Assembly: GCA_943788915.1 (NCBI GenBank)
Contig: CALSSD010000010.1
Span: forward strand, 124,001-188,000
DNA: 64,000 bases
Direction: 5' to 3'
Source: an uncultured Acidimicrobiales bacterium
Lineage (GTDB): Bacteria; Actinomycetota; Acidimicrobiia; Acidimicrobiales; UBA10347
Shown here: positions 9,062-18,383 of the stretch, piece by piece
Layout: each line of letters begins with the position of its first letter
Numbering within the stretch: the first letter of the stretch is position 1
Notes under the pieces: model-generated
What the model was told of the DNA's origin: nothing
Database searches by the model: none
Seen by the model: the letters and a program-made list of their open reading frames with translations, nothing else
Program-made: the position numbers and the translations under genes

Positions 9062-10329
9062 GTGTGATCATCGCCGGCGGCGGCATCGGCGGGCTGACGA
9101 TGGCCCTGACCTGTCATCAGATAGGGGTCCAGGCGGTTGTGTTGGAGTCGGTGCGCAACATGGCTCCGCTCGGAGTTGGCATCAATTTGCAGCCGAACGC
9201 GATTCGAGAACTCATCGATCTCGGTCTCGAAGATGAGCTGGGCAGCATCGGTATCGAGGCACGCGAATGGGCGCTCGTGGGCCGTAACGGCAAAGACGTC
9301 TGGTCCGAGCCTCGGGGTCGCCTGGCCGGTTATCGGTGGCCGCAATACTCCGTGCACCGGGGCGAGCTGCAGATGTTGTTGTACCGCACGGTTCTCGAGC
9401 GGATGGGACCAGACGCGGTCCGCACGGGTCACCGGGTGACTGGCTATCGCAACGAGTCGCAGGGCGTTACCGTCCAGGTCGATACCCGAGACGGCGGGTC
9501 GACAGTAGTGCAAGGGTCAGTAATCGTGGCTGCCGACGGGCTGCATTCCTCGGTGCGGGCCCAGATGCATCCGACACAGCCCGCACCGCATTGGGAAGGT
9601 GCCGTGCTGTGGCGGGGAGCGACCTACGGCCCTCCGATCCGGAGCGGTGCATCGTTCACCCTGATCGGGTCGCTCGATCAAAGATTTATCCACTACCCAA
9701 TCTCGGCACCCGATCCTGATACGGGACTGCAATTGCAGAACTGGATTGCCGAGCTGTCCTTCGACCCCAGCGAAGGGTGGCCAGAGAGCAACTGGAATCG
9801 CCAAGTCGATATCGGCAAGTTCCTTCCGTCATTCGAAGACTGGAAGTTCGACTGGCTGGACATCCCAAGCTTGGTCCGTGACAGTCCGGCCGTCTGGGAA
9901 TTCCCTATGGTCGATCGAGATCCAGCCCACCATTGGGTCGACGAACGAGTGTGTTTGTTGGGCGACGCTGCACATGTCATGTACCCCGTCGGCTCGAATG
10001 GCGCCAGCCAGGCGATTGTCGATGCTCGGGTTATGGGAGCCAAGTTTCTGGACTATGGGGTCACGGCCGAGGCGCTTCAGGCTTTTCAGGATGAACTGAT
10101 CGAGCCCATGTCCGCGCTGGTGTTGCGCAATCGGGGCAATGGTCCGGTCGGTATCCTTGGCCTCGTCGACGAACGATGTGGTGGTGTGTTCGAAGATATC
10201 GACGATGTGATTCCACGGGCCGAAGTCGAGTCATTTATGGCGAACTACAAGGCAGCAGCTGGGTTCGCAATCGACGAACTGAACGCGGCGCCTGCCACGA
10301 TTGCGGTGGGGGCCCGGATAACTACCTAG
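9058..10329 (+). CDS. FAD-dependent monooxygenase/oxidoreductase
   Basis: GGGIGGL, ADGLHS, LLGDAAHVMYPVGSNGASQAI. Confidence 0.92.
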   Translation: MSVIIAGGGIGGLTMALTCHQIGVQAVVLESVRNMAPLGVGINLQPNAIRELIDLGLEDELGSIGIEAREWALVGRNGKDVWSEPRGRLAGYRWPQYSVHRGELQMLLYRTVLERMGPDAVRTGHRVTGYRNESQGVTVQVDTRDGGSTVVQGSVIVAADGLHSSVRAQMHPTQPAPHWEGAVLWRGATYGPPIRSGASFTLIGSLDQRFIHYPISAPDPDTGLQLQNWIAELSFDPSEGWPESNWNRQVDIGKFLPSFEDWKFDWLDIPSLVRDSPAVWEFPMVDRDPAHHWVDERVCLLGDAAHVMYPVGSNGASQAIVDARVMGAKFLDYGVTAEALQAFQDELIEPMSALVLRNRGNGPVGILGLVDERCGGVFEDIDDVIPRAEVESFMANYKAAAGFAIDELNAAPATIAVGARITT

Positions 10330-10489
10330 ATAGCTGGAGAAGGCTCTTCGGCTTCGATCAGTTGGGTGCACAAATACGGAGGCCGTTGTGCCCAATACGG
10401 GCGGTATTCGGCCACTACGTGCAGGGTGTATCCATCCGTCCGATCGATACCACCGGTACAGGTGGGTCACGAGCCAGAACGCCGCACTC

Positions 10490-11010
10490 GCGTGCTGTCA
10501 CAGAACCTGGTCGGCCTTGGTTTCACGAGTTTCTTTACCGATAGCTCCTCAGAGATGGTCGTGGCAATAGCCCCACTGTTCCTTACGGCCACTTTGGGCT
10601 TCAGCATCTTCGGGTTCGCTGCCTGCGAAGCCGCCTATCAGGGCACTAACGCTGTCTACCGGCTACGGGGCGGGTCTATCGCCGACAACCGCCAGAGCCA
10701 TAAAAAGACGGCTGCGACGGGATACTCGATCTCAGCGGTCACTCGGGTTGGACCGGTGATTAGTGCGTTCGTCGCCTGGGTGCCAGCGGTGCCGTTCTTG
10801 CCGGCTGACTGCGTTGGCAAAGGGTTGCATACCGCGCCCCGAGATGCGTTGATATCGCTCAGCACTGCTCCGGATCGGTTGGCCATGGCATCCGGGCTGC
10901 ATCGGGCAATGGACACTGCTGGAGCAGCACTTGGTCCGTTGGTGGCCTTCGTGGTTCTGTCGGCAGCTCCGGGTCTGGGCCCGCACTCGGGTGAACGAAG
11001 ACCTGGCTGA
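10490..11010 (+). pseudogene. MFS transporter N-terminal fragment (truncated)
   Basis: LGFTSFFTDSSSEM, GKGLHTAPRDALI, HRAMDTAGAALGPL; ends after about 6 TM segments; start uncertain. Confidence 0.7.
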
Positions 11011-11998
11011 TCGTAACGAACGGGCCCAGCTCGCCGTCGAGGAGTTTGAATCGGACCAAGGTGCTGAAACCATCGAGGCCGAACCAGGGTCGACAACCGC
11101 GACGGTGGCAGCGGAAGCTGGCCCATCGATGGTTACGGGTGAAGCGCTTGTGGTGCATGGGGTGCCGGGCGACGACTACGGCCGGCTCGCGATGCGACAT
11201 ACCGATGGCACCCGTACGTTGCTCGACCGGTCATGTATGCGAGCTCACATTGCGGGCGATCACGGGGTGTGTTTATCTGAAGCCCCCGGCATCACGCCAT
11301 CATTCGACACCACGTTCTTCAACGCAAACAATTTGAATATAGATAGTAAGACGTAGCCAAGCGCGCTCCCGAGCCGTGTTCATGTCTCGCCGAATGGCAC
11401 TTATTCTGTCGTTACGACATTTGTGAGTGGATCTTCGTACGTGGACATTGGCACCGAGACGACCACGCTGGTGACCATCGATGACATCGACAGCAACCGC
11501 CTGTTACGAGGCGCCAGCCAGTTCGCAATCAACTCCGACGCGGAACGGTTCAACAATTTCGACGCTCACTACTGGGGTCCGACATTTGGTGCCGACGAAG
11601 ACGAGGTGTTCATCACCGGCTTCTCTGGCGAGTAGCCCGAGATTATGCGCGGGACCTTGAGCGATATGACGATCGGACCAACGGGCTGGGTTGGGAGTTG
11701 TCCGTCGTTGTCGCCCGACGGCAAGACCTTGGTCTTCAAGGAGATGCGTCAAGACGGAACGTTTGAGTTGGTTGCCGTCGACGTTGCAACCAACACCAAG
11801 CAGAAACTTGGCGAGACGCGATCGGTCGACGAGCAGGTCGAGTGGCTCGACAACGACACGATCTTGTACGCAGTACATCCCGAAGGTAGGGACACCGCGG
11901 TGCAACCTGCGTTCGACATTTGGAAGCTTGCTATCGCCGATGGTTCCGAGCCGGTGTTGTTCTTGCCAAATGCCGATTCTCCTGCGGTGTCTCGTTGA
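10980..11998 (+). pseudogene. TolB-like beta-propeller protein with two in-frame TAG codons and missing N-terminus
   Basis: One frame 10931-11998 broken by TAG at 11354 and 11633; PSRVHVSPNG, CPSLSPDGKTLVFK, ETRSVDEQVEWLD. Confidence 0.7.
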
Positions 11999-12038
11999 CT
12001 GCTGTAGACCCGGCCAGACGGTGTAGAAAGTCTCCGGA

Positions 12039-12653
12039 ATGAAAATCGAAAACAGCTTCACAATCGACGCGCCCATCGCCGATGCCTGGGACATGGTGAC
12101 CGATATTCCTTTGATCGCGCAGTGTCTCCCGGGTGCGGTCCTCCGCGCCGAAGATGCTGGAGTGCACACGGGTTCGGTCACGTTTAAGGTCGGCCCGGTT
12201 ACGGCTGAGTACCGAGGAAGCGCAGAGCTGATCGAACAAGACGAGGTCAACCGTCGAGTTGTGATTGATAGCAAGGCAAGCGATCTACGGGGTACTGGAG
12301 ATGCCCAAGCAGTCATCACCGCGGAGCTGACAGATCATGGCTCGCACACCAAGGTGAACATCTGCACCGAACTGCAGGTCGCCGGCAAGGTCGCGCAATT
12401 CAGTCGTGGCGTGATGCAGGATGCCAGCGAGAGGTTGTTCGGCCAGTTCGCCGCCTGTTTGGCGGCAAAACTCGAAGATACAGCGATGCTCGAGGCAATT
12501 GCCACGGAGAGCGCCTCTGCACAATCGTCAGACATCGACGATGGTGAAGCACTTGATCTGCTCCACGTAGCTGGCCGAGCGATCGCTAAGCGGGTCGTGC
12601 CAATGGCGCTCGTTGCGCTGATCATCGTTGCGGTGTTGCTCATTCTGATCTGA
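12039..12653 (+). CDS. coxG: CoxG/SRPBCC family protein with C-terminal TM anchor
   Basis: MKIENSF, IAQCLPGA, KVGPV, GKVAQFSRGVM...FAACL. Confidence 0.85.
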   Translation: MKIENSFTIDAPIADAWDMVTDIPLIAQCLPGAVLRAEDAGVHTGSVTFKVGPVTAEYRGSAELIEQDEVNRRVVIDSKASDLRGTGDAQAVITAELTDHGSHTKVNICTELQVAGKVAQFSRGVMQDASERLFGQFAACLAAKLEDTAMLEAIATESASAQSSDIDDGEALDLLHVAGRAIAKRVVPMALVALIIVAVLLILI

Positions 12654-12716
12654 GTGGGAGCGGCGGCTGGCTCGTGTTTCGCGTTTGGTGGTTCCGCTGT
12701 CCCATAGGATCGGGCC

Positions 12717-13007
12717 ATGAGCATTCTTGGCAACCGTGTCATTCGAACAGAAGACCCACGTTTCCTTTCCGGTGAGTCCACCCCCGTGGCCGACCGTGGT
12801 TATCCAGGCATGGTGCACGCAGTGTTCGTGCGCTCTCAGATGGCGAGCGCAACACTTGCTCCAATCGCTTCCACCGAGGCTGCGGTTTCTCACCTCGGTA
12901 GTCGCCATATCGATATGCCATGCACCGCTCAACGTGCCTGGCGAGCAACCGGTGTTGCTTCAACCGGTGCAGCTTCGACCGGTGCAGCGTGCGAAGGTGC
13001 CTCATGA
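12717..13007 (+). pseudogene. CoxL/XDH-family molybdoenzyme large subunit collapsed by internal deletion
   Basis: N-terminal GNRVIRTEDPRFLSG...HAVFVRS joined to C-terminal AVSHLG.RHIDMPCT..R.WRA in 96 aa. Confidence 0.75.
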
Positions 13008-13651
13008 AACGGATCGAGAAGGCGGCCAAGATTAGCAAGATCCTCGAAGAGCTCTATCCGGTCATCCCGGTTCCGCTTGATCACACCGACGCCTACACAC
13101 TCACGGTGGCTGTTGCGTTGTCTGCCCAGACGACCGACAAGAAAGTCAACGAGATCACACCAGCGCTGTTCGCCGAGGGCGGCACACCCGAGAAGATGGC
13201 GGCGTTGCATCCTGACCGCATTCTGGAGCTCATTCGCCAGGTCGGCCTTGCTCCAACCAAGGCCAAGAACCTCTCGACGATGGCCCATCAAGTCCTCGAC
13301 GCTGGTGGTGAGATCCTTCCCAGCTGGGAGTTCATGGAATCGCTTGCGGGTGTGGGTCACAAGACCGCTGGTGTGGTGTTGTCTCAGGCGTTTGGAATGC
13401 CAGCGTTCCCGGTTGATACTCACATCCAACGGCTTGCGGCCCGGTGGGGACTGTCCGACGGTTCGAACGTGGTCAAGACCGAGAAGGACCTGAAAGCCGT
13501 CTTTCCCGAAGACACGTGGAACGACCGGCATCTGCAGATCATCTTCTTCGGCCGTGACTACTGCCCTGCCAGGAATCATGATCTGTCCGAGTGCGAGATC
13601 TGTAGTTGGGCCGCGACCAAGAAACGAATCGCCGAAGAGGCGAAGCGCTAA
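13004..13651 (+). CDS. nth: Endonuclease III
   Basis: LSAQTTDKKVN, GVGHKTA, PVDTHI, C-terminal Cys cluster. Confidence 0.92.
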   Translation: MKRIEKAAKISKILEELYPVIPVPLDHTDAYTLTVAVALSAQTTDKKVNEITPALFAEGGTPEKMAALHPDRILELIRQVGLAPTKAKNLSTMAHQVLDAGGEILPSWEFMESLAGVGHKTAGVVLSQAFGMPAFPVDTHIQRLAARWGLSDGSNVVKTEKDLKAVFPEDTWNDRHLQIIFFGRDYCPARNHDLSECEICSWAATKKRIAEEAKR

Positions 13652-13681
13652 CGAGCCACACGGCATATTTCTTCTCCTAAT

Positions 13682-13713
13682 GGGACCATTTCCGTTCGCT
13701 CAGGCGTGTGTTG
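13682..13713 (+). promoter_or_regulatory. Putative autoregulatory ECF promoter GGGACCA-N16-CGTGTGTTG
   Basis: Just upstream of ECF sigma gene; repeated at 6338. Confidence 0.65.
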
Positions 13714-13738
13714 CACGAGGCTCGAGTTTGGAAGTGAT

Positions 13739-14260
13739 GTGTCCGACATCGCACTTAGTGGATATGTCGCTTTGACGGCATCGCGGGAGGCCACGTTTGC
13801 CGCGTTTTACCAACAAAACATTGGGGCACTGGCCCGGACACTGACTTCAGCGTTGGGTGATCCCCAGGTCGCACAAGATGCTGCTCAGGAAGCAATGGCA
13901 CGAGCGTGTGAACGATGGGACAAGATCGAGACCTACGACAACCCGGTGGGCTGGTGTTACCGAGTAGCGATGAATTGGTCCACGAGTCGATGGCGGAAAC
14001 GCAAACGCGAAATTATCACCGACACACTCCCCACGCCAGCGCCGAACGAAGGTCCCGACTTTGCGATACAGGATCGACTTCTGGTCGCGCTGCGGTCGCT
14101 GTCGATGGATCAGCGGTCGGTGATCGTTCTTCGGCTGGTCGAAGACTGGTCGATCAACGAAACCGCCGAAGCACTCGGTATGGCACCGGGCACAGTGCAG
14201 AGCAGATACGCCCGTGCCCTCGTCCGTCTTCGGGAAGAACTTGGAGATTTCCATGACTGA
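13739..14260 (+). CDS. ECF RNA polymerase sigma factor
   Basis: AQDAAQEA (region 2), W.YRVAMN, LS.DQR.VIVLR...ETAEALG..GTV.SR (region 4); start uncertain. Confidence 0.9.
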   Translation: MSDIALSGYVALTASREATFAAFYQQNIGALARTLTSALGDPQVAQDAAQEAMARACERWDKIETYDNPVGWCYRVAMNWSTSRWRKRKREIITDTLPTPAPNEGPDFAIQDRLLVALRSLSMDQRSVIVLRLVEDWSINETAEALGMAPGTVQSRYARALVRLREELGDFHD

Positions 14261-15206
14261 GCCCTTCGAAGACATCGTACGCGACGCTCTCCGTGGCACA
14301 AGCGGCGCAGCAGACGAGATGCCGACCTATCACGGAGCCTGGCAGCGAGGCCGTCGCCGCCGGTTGATCAAACGGTCGGCGCTCGTAGCCACAGGCGCGT
14401 TCGTGTTGCTGGCAGCTTTGACGGTAAACCTGGGCCGCATTCCTGGCAGCGAGCCGATCGAAACCAGCGACGTTGCAACCGGCGCCGCAGCCGCAGTAGC
14501 CGCAACCCCAATCTTCGAGCCGACCACGCTGGAGACAACCGCCCCGGTCGAGACCCCATCGTTGTCCGATGGTGACACCGACTCGGTGCCGGCCGCCCCA
14601 ACCGCACCAACCGCATCGGTAGTATCACCCGCCGAAACCCCAACTGCGGTTCCTCAAGCTGCAGAACCCCCAGCCGCAGTTGCTCAGACAACGCTGCCCC
14701 AGACTGCTGTGCCCCAGACTGCAGTGCCCCCAACCGCAGTGCCCACAACGGTGCCTCCCACGAGTGCGCCAACCACACCTGTTCCGACACCCGAGGCGCT
14801 GTTGTCGATGCCGCCCCCAACAGTCGAGGCTCTGTCAACCGCGGAAGCAGCGACGGCCCAGGAACCGGGCGATCCTGGTGGGACCGACGAACCGTTGGGT
14901 CCTCCCCAGGTGGCGTTCACGACGGCCGCACGGGCGGACGCTGTGCTCCTGAGTGGCGCTGCCAAGGGAGCGGCCTTACCCTGTGACCTCGACCAAGATG
15001 GCGTGGCCGACGCAACGTGTGAGCTGTTGACCGACTACTCCTGCACCGGCGACGGCGATGTGGAACCGGGCTACAGCATGGTCGATACCAACGGTGACAG
15101 CGTCGGTGATACCTGCACTGCGCTAGATCTCACCATCTGCGACACCACCAACGATGGTTTGGGTGACACACCATGCATCATCGATGTCAGCGTGGCTCCT
15201 GGGTAG
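14253..15206 (+). CDS. Putative anti-sigma membrane protein with Pro/Thr stalk and Asp/Cys-rich extracellular domain
   Basis: Overlaps sigma stop; RGRRRR + TM helix; DxDxDG..D.C-like repeats at C-terminus. Confidence 0.65.
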   Translation: MTEPFEDIVRDALRGTSGAADEMPTYHGAWQRGRRRRLIKRSALVATGAFVLLAALTVNLGRIPGSEPIETSDVATGAAAAVAATPIFEPTTLETTAPVETPSLSDGDTDSVPAAPTAPTASVVSPAETPTAVPQAAEPPAAVAQTTLPQTAVPQTAVPPTAVPTTVPPTSAPTTPVPTPEALLSMPPPTVEALSTAEAATAQEPGDPGGTDEPLGPPQVAFTTAARADAVLLSGAAKGAALPCDLDQDGVADATCELLTDYSCTGDGDVEPGYSMVDTNGDSVGDTCTALDLTICDTTNDGLGDTPCIIDVSVAPG

Positions 15207-15275
15207 TCGCATTCGGTCTGTCAAAGCTGCGGGAGATTGGCTCTTTCGTTACCGTTGGCGGCCATAGTGGAGCGC

Positions 15276-16142
15276 GTGTCTGGACCCGTCACCGATTTGC
15301 TTGACCTGCTCGACCTCGAACCAATCGAGGTGAACATCTTCCGGGGGCGAAGTCCCGATGAAGATCGCCAACGGGTGTTCGGGGGCCAGGTCATGGGCCA
15401 AGCACTCGTCGCCGCGCAACGGACGGTCGACGACGATCGCCAAGCGCACTCGCTCCACAGTTACTTTCTACGACCGGGTGACCCGGCAGTGCCGATTCTG
15501 TACGAGGTCGACCGCATCCGTGACGGGCGGAGTTTCGCGACCCGGCGGGTAGTGGCGATTCAGCATGGCCGAGCGATCTTTACTATGTCGGTGAGCTTCC
15601 ATATCCAAGAGAGCAGCCAGGAGTATCACCTGTCCATGCCCCAGGTCGATGGACCCGAGGACCTGGTGGACTGGACCGATTACCTGGCCACCATTCAGGA
15701 CGAGATCCCCGAGGATATGGCGCACTGGTTCAGCCGGCCCCGACCGATCGAGACCAGGCCGCTCAAGGTGCACCATCCGTCCAAGCCGGTGTTCGAGGAT
15801 CCGCCAATCAACCAGCTCTGGTTTCGCGCTGCCGCACCGGTGCCCGACGACCAGGCGCTGCAACAAGCCCTGTTGACGTACGCCGTCGATATGTGGCTGC
15901 TCGACTGCAGCACCATGGCACACGGATATCAGTTCAGCGATCCCGACATGCAAATGGCCAGCCTGGACCACTCGATGTGGTTTCTCCGCCCGTTCCGTGC
16001 CGACGAGTGGTTGCTGCTCGATGCTGAATGTATAACCACCGCAGGCGCCCGAGGTATGAACCGAGCGAACATCTACACCGTCGACGGGCGTCTGGTAGCC
16101 ACGGCAAATCAGGAAGGTCTCATGCGTCGCCAAGACGGGTAG
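15276..16142 (+). CDS. tesB: Acyl-CoA thioesterase II
   Basis: RVFGGQV, HSLHSYFLRPGD, RDGRSFATRRV, ASLDHSMWF, QEGLMR. Confidence 0.93.
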   Translation: MSGPVTDLLDLLDLEPIEVNIFRGRSPDEDRQRVFGGQVMGQALVAAQRTVDDDRQAHSLHSYFLRPGDPAVPILYEVDRIRDGRSFATRRVVAIQHGRAIFTMSVSFHIQESSQEYHLSMPQVDGPEDLVDWTDYLATIQDEIPEDMAHWFSRPRPIETRPLKVHHPSKPVFEDPPINQLWFRAAAPVPDDQALQQALLTYAVDMWLLDCSTMAHGYQFSDPDMQMASLDHSMWFLRPFRADEWLLLDAECITTAGARGMNRANIYTVDGRLVATANQEGLMRRQDG

Positions 16143-16180
16143 TCCGCATTGCTCGCCCTTGGCGTCTTGGGGCTGGTGAT

Positions 16181-16891
16181 TTAGGTGGTGGCGTGGATTG
16201 CGGTGTTCAGGGCGAGTTCGAGCATTTCGTCGACGCCCATTTGTCGTTCATCGGAGCTCAGATGTTCGCCGGTGACGAGATGGTCGGTCATCGTGAACAT
16301 GGCCAACGCGTCAACACCTTCGAGCGCGGCGATTGCATACAACGCTGCACATTCCATCTCGACACACAACACGCCATCCGCAGTGTGGCGGTCCTGAGCG
16401 TCGTTGTTGGGTTCGTAAAACACGTCGCTGGTAAACACCTGGCCAGTTATGAGCGATACGTCATGGGTCTCGGCCGTGGCCGTCGCTGCCGCCAACAACG
16501 AAGCGGAACCCACGATTGGGCCGGCCGCGCCGATCATGGCTGGCAGATTGCTATTGGTTACCGCAGACTCGGCCGCAATGATCTGGCGGAGTCCCACGTC
16601 AGGCTGATAGACCCCGGCCGTGCCCACACGAATCAGCCGGGTGACGCCGTAGGAACGAATGAGCTCGGTGATGTAGATCGCTGCCGAAGGCACACCCATG
16701 CCTGATGGCATGACTGAAATCGGCGTGCCTTGCCACGTGCCGGTGAAACCAGTCATGCCCCGAACTTCGGTGACCAACTCGGCACCGTCGAGGAAGTTGT
16801 GTGCGATGCGAGCTGCTCGTTTGGGATCACCTGGCATGAGGACCGTGGGAGCGAAGGCGCCATCGGGAGCAGAGATATGTGGTGTTGGCAT
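16181..16891 (-). CDS. deoD: Purine-nucleoside phosphorylase (DeoD type)
   Basis: TPHISA, VLMPGDPKRA, GMGVPS, IRVGTAG, CVEME. Confidence 0.93.
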   Translation of the reverse strand: MPTPHISAPDGAFAPTVLMPGDPKRAARIAHNFLDGAELVTEVRGMTGFTGTWQGTPISVMPSGMGVPSAAIYITELIRSYGVTRLIRVGTAGVYQPDVGLRQIIAAESAVTNSNLPAMIGAAGPIVGSASLLAAATATAETHDVSLITGQVFTSDVFYEPNNDAQDRHTADGVLCVEMECAALYAIAALEGVDALAMFTMTDHLVTGEHLSSDERQMGVDEMLELALNTAIHATT

Positions 16892-16903
16892 GACGAGTGT
16901 CTC

Positions 16904-17464
16904 CTAGAAAAGGTCGGCGTCGGCGGCAACCTCGGCCGACTTGGCGGCCATCCACACATCGAAGTCGTCGCTGCTCCATGCATCGTGGCGACCTTGAGCA
17001 TAGAACTGCGCATTGCGGTTGTAGAGCCACGCGTTCATGCGATTGGCCTGATGGTTATCGCGCTCGGCCTTGACCTTGCCAGGGGAACCCATAATCACCG
17101 AGTTTGGCGGGTACTCCTTACCTTCGGGGACGAAGGCCCCACCGGCAACAATGGACCCTGCGCCGATGACAGCACCGTCCATGATCGTGGCATTGATGCC
17201 GATCAGGCACGAGTCGCCGATCGTTGCGCCGTGGATAGTGCAGTGATGGGTGATCGAGCAGAAGTCGCCGATGATTGTCGGGGTGGCAGACCCGACGTGG
17301 ATCATCGCAAAGTCCTGGATGTTGGTCATGCGGCCGATCTCGATGTGATGCATCTCGGATCGCATCACGACATGGGGCCAAATCGATGATCCAGCCCCGA
17401 TCGAGACCTTGCCGTAGACGTAGGACGACTCGTGGACCCAGACGGACGGGTCGATGTTTTGCAT
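16904..17464 (-). CDS. Gamma carbonic anhydrase family protein
   Basis: Hexapeptide repeats, TNIQD...H, H...IHG. Confidence 0.9.
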   Translation of the reverse strand: MQNIDPSVWVHESSYVYGKVSIGAGSSIWPHVVMRSEMHHIEIGRMTNIQDFAMIHVGSATPTIIGDFCSITHHCTIHGATIGDSCLIGINATIMDGAVIGAGSIVAGGAFVPEGKEYPPNSVIMGSPGKVKAERDNHQANRMNAWLYNRNAQFYAQGRHDAWSSDDFDVWMAAKSAEVAADADLF

Positions 17465-17566
17465 GGGGGCCTCCGGGGTGTTCGACTGCCCAGCCTTGCG
17501 GCTCGATTCGCAGTCGTGGCGGTACTGCTAGGCAACCTACTGTCCGGGCCACCTAAACTAGGAAGT

Positions 17567-18343
17567 GTGCTGATCGTTGTCTCGCCCGCGAAATCTCTCG
17601 ACTATGAATCGCCGTTGGCGACGAAGAAGGCGACGGAACCGCGAATGCTTGACGAATCGGCACAACTGGTCGACGTGATGGTCAAAAAGTCACCGGCTGA
17701 TCTGCAACAGCTCATGCATATTTCGCCTGCGTTGGCGGAACTCAATTTCGACCGGTTTCAGGATTGGCAGGTGCCATTCACCAAGGAAACGGCTCGACCA
17801 GCGGTATTGGCGTTCAGCGGCGATGTGTACCTCGGCCTCGAGGCTGGCACGTTCAGCGAACGCGACTTCACCCATGCCCAGAAAGTGTTTCGTATTCTGT
17901 CAGGGCTCTACGGCGTGTTGCGGCCGCTCGACTTGATGATGCCCTACCGTCTGGAAATGGGCAGCAAGGTCAAGAACGGTCGGGGCAACGACTTGTATTC
18001 GTTCTGGCGCAATGACGTGACCAAGACGTTGGCAGCCGATATCGAGGCCAGCCCGGGTGCCGACGTGCTCATCAATCTTGCATCGAATGAGTACTTCGGT
18101 GCCGTTGATCCCGAAGGCCTCGGTGCTCGCATCATCTCGCCGGTATTTCTTGATTCGAAGGATGGTGGCCCTCACAAGATTGTGAGCTTCTTCGCCAAGA
18201 AGGCGCGCGGCTCCATGAGTCAGTACCTGATCAAGAACCGCATCACCACGATCAAGGGCATCACCGATTTCGACGGCATGGGTTACGCCTATGACCCATC
18301 GCAGTCCACGGCTGATCGCCCGGTCTTCACTCGTTCCTACTGA
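17567..18343 (+). CDS. yaaA: Peroxide stress protein YaaA
   Basis: SPAKSLD, ILSGLYGVLRPLD..PYRLEMG, NLASNEY, FAKKARG. Confidence 0.95.
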   Translation: MLIVVSPAKSLDYESPLATKKATEPRMLDESAQLVDVMVKKSPADLQQLMHISPALAELNFDRFQDWQVPFTKETARPAVLAFSGDVYLGLEAGTFSERDFTHAQKVFRILSGLYGVLRPLDLMMPYRLEMGSKVKNGRGNDLYSFWRNDVTKTLAADIEASPGADVLINLASNEYFGAVDPEGLGARIISPVFLDSKDGGPHKIVSFFAKKARGSMSQYLIKNRITTIKGITDFDGMGYAYDPSQSTADRPVFTRSY

Positions 18344-18383
18344 CCCTGCTCCTAACTGACCCCGCACCTAGTGAAAGGGCCCC

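Noticed and set aside
13555..13610. Novel Fe-S ligation in Nth (three Cys plus His)
   Set aside because: Looks like ordinary subfamily variation; cannot be judged without an alignment.
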